Shown here: positions 31,370-43,215 of the stretch, piece by piece
How the letters are laid out: each line of letters starts with the position of its first letter
Position numbering within the stretch: the first letter of the stretch is position 1
Source of the DNA: an uncultured Enterobacteriaceae bacterium
GTDB taxonomy: Bacteria > Pseudomonadota > Gammaproteobacteria > Eutrophobiales > Eutrophobiaceae
Reading direction: 5' to 3'
DNA length: 64,000 bases
NCBI GenBank assembly: GCA_964523895.1
Contig: CAZGBJ010000001.1
Span: 93,633-157,632, forward strand
Position numbers and translations under genes: made by a program
Notes under the pieces: generated by a model
The model's input: only the letters and a program-made list of their open reading frames with translations
Told to the model about the DNA's origin: nothing
The model's database searches: none

Positions 31370-31566
31370 ATAAGAAATCACTATGCCCAACATGCGAAAA
31401 AAAGACGGAACTTAACAATTCCAATTCATATCGCCCTTTTTGTTCTAAACGTTGCAAACTAATCGATCTTGGCCAATGGGCTGACGAAAGTTATTCAATA
31501 TCCGAAACAACTGTCACTGATAACAATATTGATTCTGATTCTTACAAAAATATTGAGATTAGTTAG
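31366..31566 (+). CDS. yacG: DNA gyrase inhibitor YacG (zinc ribbon)
   Basis: CPTCEKK...[17 protein letters not shown] matches E. coli YacG. Confidence 0.85.
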   Translation: MNKKSLCPTCEKKTELNNSNSYRPFCSKRCKLIDLGQWADESYSISETTVTDNNIDSDSYKNIEIS

Positions 31567-31598
31567 AAAAAATAGTGCTTATATACCCGTGATACCGC

Positions 31599-32543
31599 TT
31601 AGTTCCAGATTGCACCAATCATAGCTACTCCGTAAGCATTATGTAATTTAGCAATTTTTAAATCTGTTGGCGTCATACCACCGAGAGCATATACCGGAAA
31701 ATTTACTTTCCTGGTCAATTTAGAAAAACTATCCCAACCTATTGCATTCTGTTCTGGATGGCTACTAGTCTTTAAGACAGGAGAAATAAAAGCATAATTA
31801 ACATTTAATTCTTCTGCACGAACAAGCTCTTCCTCATTATGGCACGACGCGCCCAAAATATAATCTTCGCTAATCGGCCTGCTCTCATAACTCATTAGCA
31901 TGTTAGACTTTAAGTGAAGTCCATCAACATTATATCTATTCACGTCAGAAGGAACGCCATTAAGGATTAATTTTGCATTGTTCTTTTTTGCTAACTTAGC
32001 TAATTCCTTAACTAGTACTGAAAGATCACTTTCATCCCTTGATTTCAACCTTAATTGAAAAAGCTTTAAACCTGAGGAAAAACATTTGCCAGCAACAGAA
32101 AGCAACCGGGCAGTATCCTCATATGATTCCTGGCTTATCACATAAATCGAACTTAATGATAATGTTTGAATAATATGTTTATTAGCCTCAGGAAATTCAT
32201 ATTTATATAATTCACTTATTCTCGACCATGCTATTTCCTGATTTTCTTTGCTGATTGGCTCACCGCTCCATTCAAATACTTTCCAGACATCTAGAAAAAC
32301 TTTTTTATCAGGATAATCATATAAAACAGTTGTAAATTGCTTTGCATCTTTGACAACTATTCCCAACTCTTCATATAACTCACGACTTAATGCAGGCAGT
32401 ACATCTTCATTTTCTTCAAGCTTACCGCCGGGAAATTCCCATAAACCAGCCAGATGTTGTCTAGCCGTTCTTTTTGTTATTAAAACTTTATTTTTATCTG
32501 AATTGTATATAACACCAACGGCAACATGTGTTCTTGGATTCAC
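31599..32543 (-). CDS. mutT: NUDIX (MutT-like 8-oxo-dGTP diphosphatase) fused to a thiamine-phosphate-synthase-like (ThiE/TenI) TIM-barrel domain
   Basis: NUDIX box GLWEFPGGKLEENEDVLPALSRELYEELGI at the N-terminus and a ThiE-like C-terminal half. About 315 aa, like the Pseudomonas PA4400-type fusion. Confidence 0.8.
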   Translation of the reverse strand: MNPRTHVAVGVIYNSDKNKVLITKRTARQHLAGLWEFPGGKLEENEDVLPALSRELYEELGIVVKDAKQFTTVLYDYPDKKVFLDVWKVFEWSGEPISKENQEIAWSRISELYKYEFPEANKHIIQTLSLSSIYVISQESYEDTARLLSVAGKCFSSGLKLFQLRLKSRDESDLSVLVKELAKLAKKNNAKLILNGVPSDVNRYNVDGLHLKSNMLMSYESRPISEDYILGASCHNEEELVRAEELNVNYAFISPVLKTSSHPEQNAIGWDSFSKLTRKVNFPVYALGGMTPTDLKIAKLHNAYGVAMIGAIWN

Positions 32544-32552
32544 TTAGGAAAA

Positions 32553-33773
32553 CTAGGTCCGATATTCTGCATTTATAGTAATGTATTCATGTGATAAATC
32601 TGTTGTCCATATTTCTTCCTGACAATTACCTCTATCAAGCCTGATTGATAACGTTATTTCACTCTGACTCATTACCGTTTTCCCTTTAGCTTCAGTATAT
32701 GTTGCGCAACGCTGTCCATTCTCAATAATACACACGTCATCAAGGCAGATATCTACTTTATTTATATCTAAATCATCAATGCCTGAGTTTCCTATCGCTG
32801 CAAGAATCCTTCCCCAATTTGGATCAGATGCAGTAAATGCAGTTTTGACTAAAGGTGACTCTGCAATTTTATATGCCACAGATAAACATTCTTCCGCATT
32901 CTTTCCTCCGTTTACTTCTATAGATATAAATTTTGTCGCGCCTTCACCATCTCTGACGATTGCTTGTGCTAGCTCACGACAAATATTTATCATTGCATTT
33001 TCAAAATCTATATAGCCATCATTATTACAACTATCGATTAATGAGTTACTCGCTTTACCCGTAGCCATAATAACACATGCATCATTTGTTGATGTATCAC
33101 CATCAATTGTAATTCTATTAAAACTCTTTTCTACCGCATTTAATAAAATTTTATCTAGAATGTTTTTATTTATATTCGCATCTGTTGCTATAAACGAAAG
33201 CATCGTTGCCATATCAGGCTTTATCATGCCCGCCCCTTTCACAATGCCAGTAATATTAACCATTTTCCCATCTATACTAAGTTGGCTTGATATTGCTTTA
33301 GGAATTGTATCAGTCGTCATTATTGCTTTTGCGGTATCTAGCCAATTATCATCAGATAAGTTTGTTAGCAAACCCGGTAATGCATTGTTTATTTTTTCTA
33401 CAGGTAAATCCTCGCCAATTACGCCTGTCGAAAAAGGAAGAACTTCCATTTCTTTACAAGCTGCTATATCAGCTAAAGTTTTACAGGTATTTTTCGCATT
33501 TAACATTCCCTGCTTGCCTGTTCCGGCATTTGCATTACCTGCATTTATTAAACAATAACGTGGCTTGGCATCATTCAAATTATTTTTTGCTACTTCAACT
33601 GGAGCAGCACAAAACAGATTTTTTGTAAAAACAGCTGAAACAGCACTGCCTTCAACAAGTTCTATCAGTGCCAAATCATTTCTTTTTTCTGCATAGATAT
33701 TTGCTGACGTCACTGAAAGGCGAACACCTTCTATAGGTATAAGTGATGAGGGAAATTCTAAACCAACTGACAT
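32553..33773 (-). CDS. argJ: Bifunctional glutamate N-acetyltransferase/ornithine acetyltransferase ArgJ
   Basis: Autocleavage site ATML (DMATMLSFIATDA). 406 aa. Confidence 0.9.
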   Translation of the reverse strand: MSVGLEFPSSLIPIEGVRLSVTSANIYAEKRNDLALIELVEGSAVSAVFTKNLFCAAPVEVAKNNLNDAKPRYCLINAGNANAGTGKQGMLNAKNTCKTLADIAACKEMEVLPFSTGVIGEDLPVEKINNALPGLLTNLSDDNWLDTAKAIMTTDTIPKAISSQLSIDGKMVNITGIVKGAGMIKPDMATMLSFIATDANINKNILDKILLNAVEKSFNRITIDGDTSTNDACVIMATGKASNSLIDSCNNDGYIDFENAMINICRELAQAIVRDGEGATKFISIEVNGGKNAEECLSVAYKIAESPLVKTAFTASDPNWGRILAAIGNSGIDDLDINKVDICLDDVCIIENGQRCATYTEAKGKTVMSQSEITLSIRLDRGNCQEEIWTTDLSHEYITINAEYRT

Positions 33774-33800
33774 TTATTCAGCCTGCTTCAATAATGGTAG

Positions 33801-36500
33801 TTAAACTAATTTCCCGTGGCATTGCTTATACTTCTTACCTGAACCACACGGGCATGGCTCATTACGTCCTATTTTTGGCTTATTACGTACAAATGGTTTA
33901 TCAGCAGAAGATGCTTGTTCAGGTGAATCAGGATTTAAGCTATTTGGTGCAGAAGCATGGCTAAAATTCATATTTTGCTCGTGCTCTTGATTCTCAGCTG
34001 CTTCAACGTCTTTTTCAGTCCTTATACTTACTTTAGAAAGAAAAACAATCACATCATGCTTTATGTTTTCAAGCATTTGTACAAACAATTCAAATGCTTC
34101 ACGTTTATACTCCTGTTTGGGGTTTTTTGCCGCGAAGCCTCTAAGATGTATGCCTTGTCTAAGATGATCCATATTTATGAGATGTTCTTTCCAATGTCTA
34201 TCCAGTACATCAAGCATAATTTGCTTTTCAATACGCCTCATTAATTCAGGCGTGATTACATCTTCTTTATCCTTTACTACCTTCTCCATGGCTGCATGAA
34301 GTTTTTCACGTAAACTTTCTTCATGTAATGATTTGTCCTCCTTGAGCCATAAACCTATATCAACAGATAAATCAAATTCATGCTGAAATGCCTCTTTTAA
34401 TCCATCTATATCCCACAATTCATCCATACTGCCACGAGGAATAAACGTATCAATAACAGCATCAATAACATCAAAACGCATTGCATTTACTTCTTCAGCA
34501 ACTGTGTCTCCATCAAGCAAATCATTTCTTTGCTCGTAGACAACTTTTCTCTGATCATTTGCTACATCATCAAAATCCAGTAAGTGTTTACGAATATCAA
34601 AGTTATGCGCTTCAACCTTGCGCTGTGCATTTTCTATTGCGCGAGTTACCAGTTTAGACTCAATAGCCTCACCTTCATCCATGCCCAGCTTCTGCATAAT
34701 TGAAGAAATACGATCTGAAGCAAAGATTCGCATTAGATTATCTTCCAAAGAAAGATAAAAACGACTTGAACCAGGATCTCCCTGACGTCCTGATCGACCA
34801 CGAAGTTGATTATCTATTCGTCGTGACTCATGCCGTTCTGTACCTATAATGTGTAAACCGCCACTATCCAGAACTTGTTGATGACGTTCAGCCCAATCCT
34901 CATTAATTTTATCAATTTGTTTTTGATCAGGATCCTTTAATGAATTAATTTCTGCCTCAAAATTACCACCCAGTACAATATCTGTACCTCGACCCGCCAT
35001 ATTCGTAGCTATGGTAATTGAACCTGACTTACCAGCTTGAGCAATAATTTCTGCTTCTTTTTGATGGAATTTGGCATTTAATACCTGATGTTTAATATTT
35101 TCCTTATTAAGGACATTAGATAGATACTCTGATACTTCAATTGATGCCGTACCAACTAATATTGGTTGGCCTTTTGATTGACGATCTTTTATATCCTCAA
35201 TCATTGCTGCATATTTTTCTTTTGCAGTCAGAAAGATAACGTCACTCTGATCATCTCTAATCATTGTCATATTAGTCGGAATAACAACGACTTCCAGATC
35301 ATATATTGATTGAAACTCAAATGCCTCTGTATCGGCAGTCCCTGTCATACCCGAGAGCTTTGAATATAAACGAAAATAATTTTGATATGTTATAGATGCA
35401 AGCGTCTGGTTTTCATTCTGTATCGATACACCTTCCTTAGCTTCTATCGCTTGATGTAATCCTTCAGACCAACGACGACCTTGCATTGTACGCCCGGTGA
35501 ATTCATCAACAATGACAATTTCGTTATCCTTAACGATATAATCAACATCAATTTTAAATAAATGGTGTGCTCTTAATGCGGCATTCAAATGATGCAAAAC
35601 AATAATATTAGCAGGATCGTACAAAGTCTGACCTTCTTTAAGAATATTATGTTCTGTTAATAATGTCTCAATATGGTCATGTCCATCTTCGGTAAAGTAA
35701 GCCTGCTTCGACTTTTCATCTAGAGTAAAATCGCCAGGTCCATCTTCAATTTTTTGAACTACTAACTTGGGAATTAATGCATTTATCGAAATATATAACT
35801 CTGATTTATCGTCCACCATTCCTGAAATAACCAGTGGTGTTCTGGCTTCATCAATAAGAATTGAATCTACTTCATCAACAATAGCGAAATTTAGACCTCT
35901 CTGAACACGACCTTCTTTAGCAAACGCCATGTTGTCACGCAAATAATCAAAACCAAACTCATTATTTGTGCCATAGGTAATATCACATTGGTATGCAACT
36001 TTTCTCTCTTCCGTTGACAGGCCACTAACAATCACGCCTGTACTTAGTCCTAGAAAACTGTATATCTGACCCATCCACTCAGAATCACGTTTAGCCAGAT
36101 AATCATTAACTGTTATGACATGAACACCTAAACCTGACAAGGCATTTAAATATGCCGCTAAAGTTGCAACCAGCGTTTTACCTTCACCTGTGCGCATTTC
36201 AGCGATACTGCCGTTATGCAATACTATCCCGCCAATGAGTTGCACATCAAAATGACGCATACTTAAAACACGTTGCCCTGCTTCTCTAACCAGGGCAAAT
36301 GCTTCTGGTAATATGCTATCGAGATTTTCGCCTTCTTTAATTCTTTCTTTTAACTGATTTGTTTTATCAGGAAAATCCTCATCATTTAATAATTTCAATT
36401 CATCTTCAAGAGGATTTATTTTCGTTACTACCTTGCTTAGTTTTTTGACTACCCGATCATTTCGAGAACCAAATATTTTTTTTACTAAATCTATAATCAT
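33801..36500 (-). CDS. secA: Preprotein translocase ATPase SecA
   Basis: 899 aa with DEAD motor motifs and the C-terminal zinc finger [14 protein letters not shown]. Confidence 0.97.
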   Translation of the reverse strand: MIIDLVKKIFGSRNDRVVKKLSKVVTKINPLEDELKLLNDEDFPDKTNQLKERIKEGENLDSILPEAFALVREAGQRVLSMRHFDVQLIGGIVLHNGSIAEMRTGEGKTLVATLAAYLNALSGLGVHVITVNDYLAKRDSEWMGQIYSFLGLSTGVIVSGLSTEERKVAYQCDITYGTNNEFGFDYLRDNMAFAKEGRVQRGLNFAIVDEVDSILIDEARTPLVISGMVDDKSELYISINALIPKLVVQKIEDGPGDFTLDEKSKQAYFTEDGHDHIETLLTEHNILKEGQTLYDPANIIVLHHLNAALRAHHLFKIDVDYIVKDNEIVIVDEFTGRTMQGRRWSEGLHQAIEAKEGVSIQNENQTLASITYQNYFRLYSKLSGMTGTADTEAFEFQSIYDLEVVVIPTNMTMIRDDQSDVIFLTAKEKYAAMIEDIKDRQSKGQPILVGTASIEVSEYLSNVLNKENIKHQVLNAKFHQKEAEIIAQAGKSGSITIATNMAGRGTDIVLGGNFEAEINSLKDPDQKQIDKINEDWAERHQQVLDSGGLHIIGTERHESRRIDNQLRGRSGRQGDPGSSRFYLSLEDNLMRIFASDRISSIMQKLGMDEGEAIESKLVTRAIENAQRKVEAHNFDIRKHLLDFDDVANDQRKVVYEQRNDLLDGDTVAEEVNAMRFDVIDAVIDTFIPRGSMDELWDIDGLKEAFQHEFDLSVDIGLWLKEDKSLHEESLREKLHAAMEKVVKDKEDVITPELMRRIEKQIMLDVLDRHWKEHLINMDHLRQGIHLRGFAAKNPKQEYKREAFELFVQMLENIKHDVIVFLSKVSIRTEKDVEAAENQEHEQNMNFSHASAPNSLNPDSPEQASSADKPFVRNKPKIGRNEPCPCGSGKKYKQCHGKLV

Positions 36501-36583
36501 ACTAGTTTATATTTTGTTTATTACGCAATATGTCACGTACTATTACGCAAAATGAATTTTAATCGGTAAGAAAATTAGAGGTA

Positions 36584-37516
36584 TTATTGCAAAGAAATAT
36601 ATTTTTTTGGATTGACTGCTTTTCCATTGTTGACCACTTCGAAATGAACATGCGGTCCGGTTGCTCTTCCTGATGAACCCATCAGAGCAATAACCTCACC
36701 TTGTTCAACCTTTTGGCCAACTACAACCAGATTTTTCTTATTATGTGCATAACGAGTTTGGTAACCATTGCCGTGGTTTACCTCGACCATTTTACCATAG
36801 CCATAGCGAACACCTGACCAGGTAACAATTCCGGAAGCAACTGTAAGTACAGGAGAACCTGTCTTGCCCGCATAATCAACACCTCCATGAAATTCCATTT
36901 TTCCTGTCATTGGATCAGTTCGCATACCAAACAACGAAGATACCCAGCCAGTCTTTGTTGGCCGACCTGTTGGAATAGTCTGATTCTGTAACGTTCTATC
37001 AATTAACATTGACTCCATCGCTGCCATTTTTTCTGCACGATCCTGTATTTTTAGATTTAACTGATCCAATGCTTCAAGAAAGTCACTGACTTCCATCGAA
37101 CCGTGCAAGTTAATTGGCTGTGGACCGCCTAAACCAGGAGCAGATGTAATATCAAATTCAATTTCATTAAGATCAGCCATATCAGCCAGGCGAGAACCAA
37201 GTGCATCCAAACGCATAACATGAGCCTGTAATTTACTTAATCTTGCTGCTAAAGCATCAAGATTTTTTTCAGCATTTTCTTGCGCTTGGTCAAGCATTTG
37301 TTGCTGGACTTCTATCTCTTTACTCCAGAGAGGTGCCGTTTGGCTATATAAAGTTTTAAATGAACCGCGTGTTAAATTTAGAGCGTAAATACTACCTGCA
37401 TGGAAAACCAATAAACCACCAACAATACTAATGATCATACACACACATAGAGTTACCGGCCCGAAAGTGAAGGACTGGCTCTTCTTTTTAGATTTTGATA
37501 TTAAAAATAATTGCAT
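36584..37516 (-). CDS. M23 family metallopeptidase with N-terminal TM and coiled-coil
   Basis: HGGVDYAG...HxH (GPHVHFEV) LytM-type active-site residues are intact. A coiled coil precedes the catalytic domain. Confidence 0.8.
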   Translation of the reverse strand: MQLFLISKSKKKSQSFTFGPVTLCVCMIISIVGGLLVFHAGSIYALNLTRGSFKTLYSQTAPLWSKEIEVQQQMLDQAQENAEKNLDALAARLSKLQAHVMRLDALGSRLADMADLNEIEFDITSAPGLGGPQPINLHGSMEVSDFLEALDQLNLKIQDRAEKMAAMESMLIDRTLQNQTIPTGRPTKTGWVSSLFGMRTDPMTGKMEFHGGVDYAGKTGSPVLTVASGIVTWSGVRYGYGKMVEVNHGNGYQTRYAHNKKNLVVVGQKVEQGEVIALMGSSGRATGPHVHFEVVNNGKAVNPKKYISLQ

Positions 37517-37554
37517 ATTTATGTTGTACCAACTAAAACCTGTATACTAAATTT

Positions 37555-38016
37555 ATGGCATTTACTGATAAAAAAAATAGAACTCTACCTATCAGCGAAT
37601 TATTACAAGATAAGCGTTATGCTATTGCTGATCTTTGTAAAAAAGCCAAGTCAATTCAGATAATAGATCAAAAATTAAAAACATATCTTGACCCATCTCT
37701 ACATGATCATTTTGAACTAGCGAATATAAAAACAGATGTTGCAACTTTACTAGTTAGTTCTTCTACCTGGGCAACCCGCCTACGTTATAATATTCCAGCT
37801 ATCCTTAACGCCTTAAATAATCAATTAAACCTTACTACTGTAAAAACAGTCAGAATTAAAGTAAAAAAAGCTATTTCTGATAACACTGCTTTAAATAAAA
37901 AACCGATTTTCTTGTCTGAAAATTCAGCTCAAGTCCTTGCTAATGTTGCAAATAATTTTAGCGACCCCGAATTACGCGCCTGTATTCTAAAACTTTCAAA
38001 AAATTATATTAAATAA
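37555..38016 (+). CDS. DUF721-like hypothetical protein
   Basis: 153 aa basic protein lying between secA and lpxC, as in Pseudomonas (the PA4405 position). Family assignment is from memory of that pattern. Confidence 0.55.
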   Translation: MAFTDKKNRTLPISELLQDKRYAIADLCKKAKSIQIIDQKLKTYLDPSLHDHFELANIKTDVATLLVSSSTWATRLRYNIPAILNALNNQLNLTTVKTVRIKVKKAISDNTALNKKPIFLSENSAQVLANVANNFSDPELRACILKLSKNYIK

Positions 38017-38017
38017 A

Positions 38018-38929
38018 TTAATCTGCAGGAATCGCCTGCATGAATGAAATTGGTGCTTCATATTCATCTTCAAAGCTAATCAACTCCCATGAATCTTCAT
38101 TAGCAATTAATTCGCGCAATAATGCATTATTTAACGCATGTCCTGATTTAAATCCTTCAAACGCGCCAATCAAACTATGCCCAAGCAAATATAAATCACC
38201 AATCGCATCAAGAATCTTATGTTTCACACATTCATCTTCATATCGAAGGCCATCTTCATTAAGAATTCTATAATCATCAACTACAACGGCATTATCAAGA
38301 CTTCCACCTAATACCAGGTTCTTCTCACGCAATAACTCAACATCACGCATAAATCCAAAAGTACGGGCACGACTCACTTCTTTAACAAATGAAGTTGTAG
38401 AGAAATCAATTTCTGCATGGCAATTACGATCACTAAAAACAGGGTGATCAAACTCAATCGTGAAGCCGACCTTAAAACCGTCAAAAGGCTCAAATATCGC
38501 CCACTTTTCTTCATGTTCGACGCGAACTTTCTTTTTTATCCGTAAAAATTTCTTTGCCGAGGACTGCTCTTCAATACCTGCAGACTGGATTAAAAACACA
38601 AACGGACCAGCACTGCCATCCATAATAGGAACTTCATCGGCACTCAAATCAATATAAGCATTATCTATTCCAAAACCTGCCAGAGCGGAAAGCAAATGTT
38701 CCACAGTTGAGATACGTACCTTATCTTTTACTAAGGTAGTTGAAAGACTGGTATCGCCAACGTATTCAGGGTTGGCTGGAATATCTACAGCAGGATCTAG
38801 ATCAACGCGACGAAACGTAATTCCGGAATTTGCAGGTGCTGGTCTTAAGGTCAAAAAGACCTTTTTTCCCGTATGAAGGCCTACCCCAGTAGCCCGAATT
38901 ACATTTTTTAATGTACGTTGCCTAATCAT
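38018..38929 (-). CDS. lpxC: UDP-3-O-acyl-N-acetylglucosamine deacetylase LpxC
   Basis: [24 protein letters not shown] matches the E. coli LpxC N-terminus. 303 aa. Confidence 0.95.
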   Translation of the reverse strand: MIRQRTLKNVIRATGVGLHTGKKVFLTLRPAPANSGITFRRVDLDPAVDIPANPEYVGDTSLSTTLVKDKVRISTVEHLLSALAGFGIDNAYIDLSADEVPIMDGSAGPFVFLIQSAGIEEQSSAKKFLRIKKKVRVEHEEKWAIFEPFDGFKVGFTIEFDHPVFSDRNCHAEIDFSTTSFVKEVSRARTFGFMRDVELLREKNLVLGGSLDNAVVVDDYRILNEDGLRYEDECVKHKILDAIGDLYLLGHSLIGAFEGFKSGHALNNALLRELIANEDSWELISFEDEYEAPISFMQAIPAD

Positions 38930-39017
38930 TATAACTATTTAAACCTACTCTAAACTAGGAGCTTTTATTCTTATCTATTTGTATTATAGGCAATTTCGAT
39001 GTTAGCAAAACATCTAG

Positions 39018-39039
39018 CCCGGAATTTCCTAATTCCGGG
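39018..39039 (-). other. Stem-loop between ftsZ and lpxC (9-bp stem, 4-nt loop)
   Basis: CCCGGAATTtcctAATTCCGGG. There is no strong U-tract after it, so it is a possible attenuator or processing site rather than a terminator. Confidence 0.3.
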
Positions 39040-39066
39040 ACACACTATACCACGTTAAATCCGGAT

Positions 39067-40200
39067 CTAGTCCGCTTGCCTTCTTAAAAATGCAGGAATA
39101 TCAAGATAGTCCGCATCCCCTGTTACCGTATCTTCTTCTGCCTCAGGTGTCTGGTTTCGCATGATTGTCGGCCGTTCAAGATCTTTATAATCGACACTTA
39201 TGCTTTCATTTTGAACCAATTTGATACTGGATGCATCATCTTTCATATTTCCGAGTCCAGTTGCAACAATTGTAACCCGAATATCACCAGACATTTCAGG
39301 GTCAATCACGGTTCCAACGACAACTGTCGCATTATCAGAGGCAAACTCTTTGATAGTGCTACCAACTTCATCAAACTCGCCTATAGACAGATCCATACCT
39401 GCAGTAATATTCACCAAAATTCCCCTGGCACCGGAAAGATTGACATCTTCCAGTAAAGGACTGGATATCGCAGCTTCAGCTGCTATTTTTGCACGCTCTT
39501 CACCTTGTGCTTTTCCTGAGCCCATCATTGCCATACCCATTTCAGACATTACTGTTCTGACATCAGCAAAATCCACATTTATCAAACCGGGACAAGTAAT
39601 CAATTCAGCAATACCTTGAACTGCACCTAACAACACATCATTTGCTGCACTAAAAGCATTCAACAAGCTTACATCCCTACCTAGAACACTTAGCAATTTT
39701 TCATTAGGTATAGTAATTAAAGAATCAACAAACTGGCTTAGTTCAATAATTCCCTCTTCAGCAATCGCGCCACGTTTCTTGCCTTCAAAGGCAAAGGGGC
39801 GAGTCACAACTGCAACCGTTAAGATACCCATTTCTTTTGCGACCTGGGCAACAATAGGCGCGGCACCCGTACCTGTTCCCCCTCCCATACCTGCAGTAAT
39901 AAAGATCATATCTGATCCATCAAGCACATCCATTAAACGATCGCGATCTTCCAGAGCAGCTTGACGCCCAACTTCCGGATCGGCACCTGCACCCAGACCC
40001 TTGGTCATATTACTTCCCAATTGTAAAACCGTTTTTGCTCCTGAATTTTTAAGTGCTTGTGAATCTGTATTTGCACATATAAATTCAACTCCTTCTATAT
40101 TAGCGCCCAGCATATGCTGTACAGCATTGCCACCACCACCACCGACACCTATTACTTTAATAATAGCCGCCTGACTAGTTGCATCGACTAATTCAAACAT
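39067..40200 (-). CDS. ftsZ: Cell division GTPase FtsZ
   Basis: Tubulin signature GGGTGTG. 377 aa. Confidence 0.97.
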   Translation of the reverse strand: MFELVDATSQAAIIKVIGVGGGGGNAVQHMLGANIEGVEFICANTDSQALKNSGAKTVLQLGSNMTKGLGAGADPEVGRQAALEDRDRLMDVLDGSDMIFITAGMGGGTGTGAAPIVAQVAKEMGILTVAVVTRPFAFEGKKRGAIAEEGIIELSQFVDSLITIPNEKLLSVLGRDVSLLNAFSAANDVLLGAVQGIAELITCPGLINVDFADVRTVMSEMGMAMMGSGKAQGEERAKIAAEAAISSPLLEDVNLSGARGILVNITAGMDLSIGEFDEVGSTIKEFASDNATVVVGTVIDPEMSGDIRVTIVATGLGNMKDDASSIKLVQNESISVDYKDLERPTIMRNQTPEAEEDTVTGDADYLDIPAFLRRQAD

Positions 40201-40232
40201 GTTGTAACCTCCTAAAAATTGCCATTTATTAT

Positions 40233-41468
40233 TTAAAAATTACCTTGAAACCAACTCTTCATTCTTTCAAAAATACCTTTCACACCATCATTAATATGAA
40301 TCGGTGTCATACCTTCCTGACTCTGCCTTTTTCCAAAAATTAACAAACCAACCCCCGTTGCATAAATCGGGCTTTTAACAACATCTGATAGACCTGAAAT
40401 ATATTGCGGAATACCCAGACGAACTGGCATATGAAATATTTCTTCCGCCAATTCGATCGCGCCATCCATCTTTGAACTACCTCCAGTAAGCACAATCCCG
40501 GCAGCAATCAAACTTTCAAAACCACTTCTTCTTAATTCAGATTGCACCAGACTAAATAGCTCCTCATATCTTGGCTGTACAACTTCCGCCAAAGTTTGAC
40601 GAGCGAGACGCCGCGAAGGGCGGTCACCGACGCCGGGTACTTCAATACTTTCATCATGATTTGCTAGCTGTGTCAGTGCACAAGCGTATTGAACCTTGAT
40701 ATCTTCAGCATGTTGCGTTGGCGTTCGTAGCGCCACAGCAATATCGTTAGTCACCTGATCTCCAGCAATTGGGATAACTGCAGTATGATGAATGGCACCA
40801 TCGGTGAAGACAGCAATGTCTGTAGTGCCCCCACCAATATCAATCATGCAAACGCCAAGATCTTTTTCGTCTTCTGTTAAAACGGAATAACTCGATGCCA
40901 ACTGTTCAAGAATAATATCGTCGACTTCCAAACCACAACGACGGACACACTTCACAATATTTTGCGCCGCACTGACAGCACCGGTCACAATATGTACTTT
41001 CGATTCAAGCCTAACCCCAGACATGCCAATAGGTTCTTTAACACCTTCCTGATTATCAATAACAAATTCTTGCGGCAATATATGTAAAATTTTCTGATCG
41101 GCGGGTATTGCCACAGCCTTGGCTGCATCGATAACCCGATCAACATCACTATATGAAACTTCACTATCTCGTATTGCGACAATGCCATGTGAATTCAAAC
41201 TGCGTATATGACTGCCGGCAATGCCAGTATAAACAGAATGAATTTCGCAACCTGCCATTAGCTCAGCTTCTTCAATCGCTCTTTGAATTGAGTGAACTGT
41301 CGATTCAATATTGACAACCACACCTTTTTTAAGACCACGTGACTGGTTTGAGCCAATGCCAATTATTTCAATCTCATCATCTACTGAAATCTCGCCAACA
41401 ATGGCAACTACTTTGGATGTACCAATATCCAAACCAACGATAAGATTTTTGTCTGTTTTCTTAACCAT
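40233..41468 (-). CDS. ftsA: Cell division protein FtsA
   Basis: Actin-like ATPase. [12 protein letters not shown] at the N-terminus. Confidence 0.95.
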   Translation of the reverse strand: MVKKTDKNLIVGLDIGTSKVVAIVGEISVDDEIEIIGIGSNQSRGLKKGVVVNIESTVHSIQRAIEEAELMAGCEIHSVYTGIAGSHIRSLNSHGIVAIRDSEVSYSDVDRVIDAAKAVAIPADQKILHILPQEFVIDNQEGVKEPIGMSGVRLESKVHIVTGAVSAAQNIVKCVRRCGLEVDDIILEQLASSYSVLTEDEKDLGVCMIDIGGGTTDIAVFTDGAIHHTAVIPIAGDQVTNDIAVALRTPTQHAEDIKVQYACALTQLANHDESIEVPGVGDRPSRRLARQTLAEVVQPRYEELFSLVQSELRRSGFESLIAAGIVLTGGSSKMDGAIELAEEIFHMPVRLGIPQYISGLSDVVKSPIYATGVGLLIFGKRQSQEGMTPIHINDGVKGIFERMKSWFQGNF

Positions 41469-41506
41469 ATTTTATCCGCCTGATATCATGATGCAGAATT
41501 GTTTTG

Positions 41507-42259
41507 TTATCTTTTCCATCGTATGGAAAAACCATTTGTATAACGCATATCTATTGATTCCGTCTGTTCAATTCGACCTGATATTGTCGTCGGTATTAAT
41601 GTCAAAAATCGATTTAACCGTTCCTCAAAATCACGTCGCCCCAAAACAACATTGATGCCATTATTAAGTTGAAACGACCATGCTCGTCTTTCATTCAAGC
41701 TTATTGAAACAACCTTGAAACCAATCAACTGAATCCGTTCCTGCATCGCATTAAATTGATTTAGTAAATTTAACTCCGTACCCTCAGGACCTGACAATAA
41801 CGGCAATCCCCCAGGTATAGTTGTGAGATCTGGCGCAAAATATTCTCCGGAAGAATTTAATAGGCCTGAATCTTTCCAACGAACAACAGGTATTTGTTCA
41901 ATCACGATAACTCGTAAGGCATCTGGCCATATTCGTTTTACAGTAACTTCACTAACCCATGGCTCAGCCAGTAAGGCAAGCCGAACCGCATCTACATCAA
42001 GATTAAAAAAACCACCACGAACTTTATCTGTAACAAGTAACTGTAAATCAACCGGAGACAAACGAGTAAAATCACCTTCAATTCGAACTTGCTTTATTGG
42101 CAAGGTATCTGCATGTGATAAAAATATTCCACCCCATACCAACAAAGAGATAAAACCTAAAACAAATACAATCCCAAATAGCCTTGAACCACGAACGTGA
42201 CTTCTATCTACAACGTCAAACTGTAGTTTGTTTGGATCAATGACCATGTCGATACTCAT
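41507..42259 (-). CDS. ftsQ: Cell division protein FtsQ
   Basis: Single TM followed by a POTRA domain. Sits between ddl and ftsA. Confidence 0.85.
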   Translation of the reverse strand: MSIDMVIDPNKLQFDVVDRSHVRGSRLFGIVFVLGFISLLVWGGIFLSHADTLPIKQVRIEGDFTRLSPVDLQLLVTDKVRGGFFNLDVDAVRLALLAEPWVSEVTVKRIWPDALRVIVIEQIPVVRWKDSGLLNSSGEYFAPDLTTIPGGLPLLSGPEGTELNLLNQFNAMQERIQLIGFKVVSISLNERRAWSFQLNNGINVVLGRRDFEERLNRFLTLIPTTISGRIEQTESIDMRYTNGFSIRWKR

Positions 42260-43215
42260 CAGTACTGAGATTCCTTCGCCATAGGCGCTTCCATACTTGT
42301 CGCCAATATTTGAACGGCTAACTGTTGAAAAGAAATTCCTGACTGTTTAGCCGCCATCGGAACCAGACTATGACTGGTCATGCCCGGAACTGTATTGACT
42401 TCAATTAACCACGCCTGACTTGCATCATCTATCATAAAGTCAACTCGACTCCAGCCACTGACGCCTAATAATTCACATGCTTGCAACGATAATTCGCCTA
42501 AACTTTGTTCTACACCTTCAGCCAGACCACAAGGACAAATATATTTTGTATCATCATCCTCATATTTCGCCTGGTAATCATAGAACTCACGTTTTGTTTC
42601 AAGCTTAATTATGGGCAACGTAATGTCACCTAAAATAGAAAGGGTATATTCATCTCCCTCGACCCAGCTTTCTGCCATAACTCGATCATCAAATTGATTT
42701 GCCTGTTTCCAGGCAGAAGATAAATCCGCTGCCTGGGTCACTTTACTTGCACCAACACTTGAACCTTCTCTGACAGGCTTAACCATAATCGGCAACTTCA
42801 ATTCTTCTGCTATTTGCTGCCAGTTACTTGCCTGATTTAATTCAACAGTTTCAGGTGTTAATAATCCGGCGTCGCGCCATAGTGCTTTACTACGAATCTT
42901 GTCCATTGCCAGTGCAGAACTCATTACATCGCTACCTGTATATGGCAATCCAATTGTTTCCAGCGCACCTTGTATTGTTCCATCTTCACCACCGCGACCA
43001 TGCAATGCGATAAAAACACGATCAAAATCATTATTTAATAATTGATGAAATTTATTTTTATCAAAGTCAACGGCATGAGCATCAATGCCTGCATTACAAA
43101 GCGCTGCATACACCGCCTGTCCGCTTTCCAGTGAAATTGATCGCTCAGCTGATTGGCCACCCATTAACACTGCGACCTTGCCAAATTCAGATGCTTGATA
43201 TTCCGGCAGGAGCAT
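42259..43215 (-). CDS. ddl: D-alanine--D-alanine ligase
   Basis: ATP-grasp fold. KVAVLMGGQSAERSISL at the N-terminus. Confidence 0.9.
   Translation of the reverse strand: MLLPEYQASEFGKVAVLMGGQSAERSISLESGQAVYAALCNAGIDAHAVDFDKNKFHQLLNNDFDRVFIALHGRGGEDGTIQGALETIGLPYTGSDVMSSALAMDKIRSKALWRDAGLLTPETVELNQASNWQQIAEELKLPIMVKPVREGSSVGASKVTQAADLSSAWKQANQFDDRVMAESWVEGDEYTLSILGDITLPIIKLETKREFYDYQAKYEDDDTKYICPCGLAEGVEQSLGELSLQACELLGVSGWSRVDFMIDDASQAWLIEVNTVPGMTSHSLVPMAAKQSGISFQQLAVQILATSMEAPMAKESQY

Noticed and set aside
36521-36551. Direct repeat TTACGCAA x2 (15-nt spacing) upstream of secA
   Set aside because: A short repeat in an AT-rich region. It could be a regulator site, but the evidence is too thin to call.
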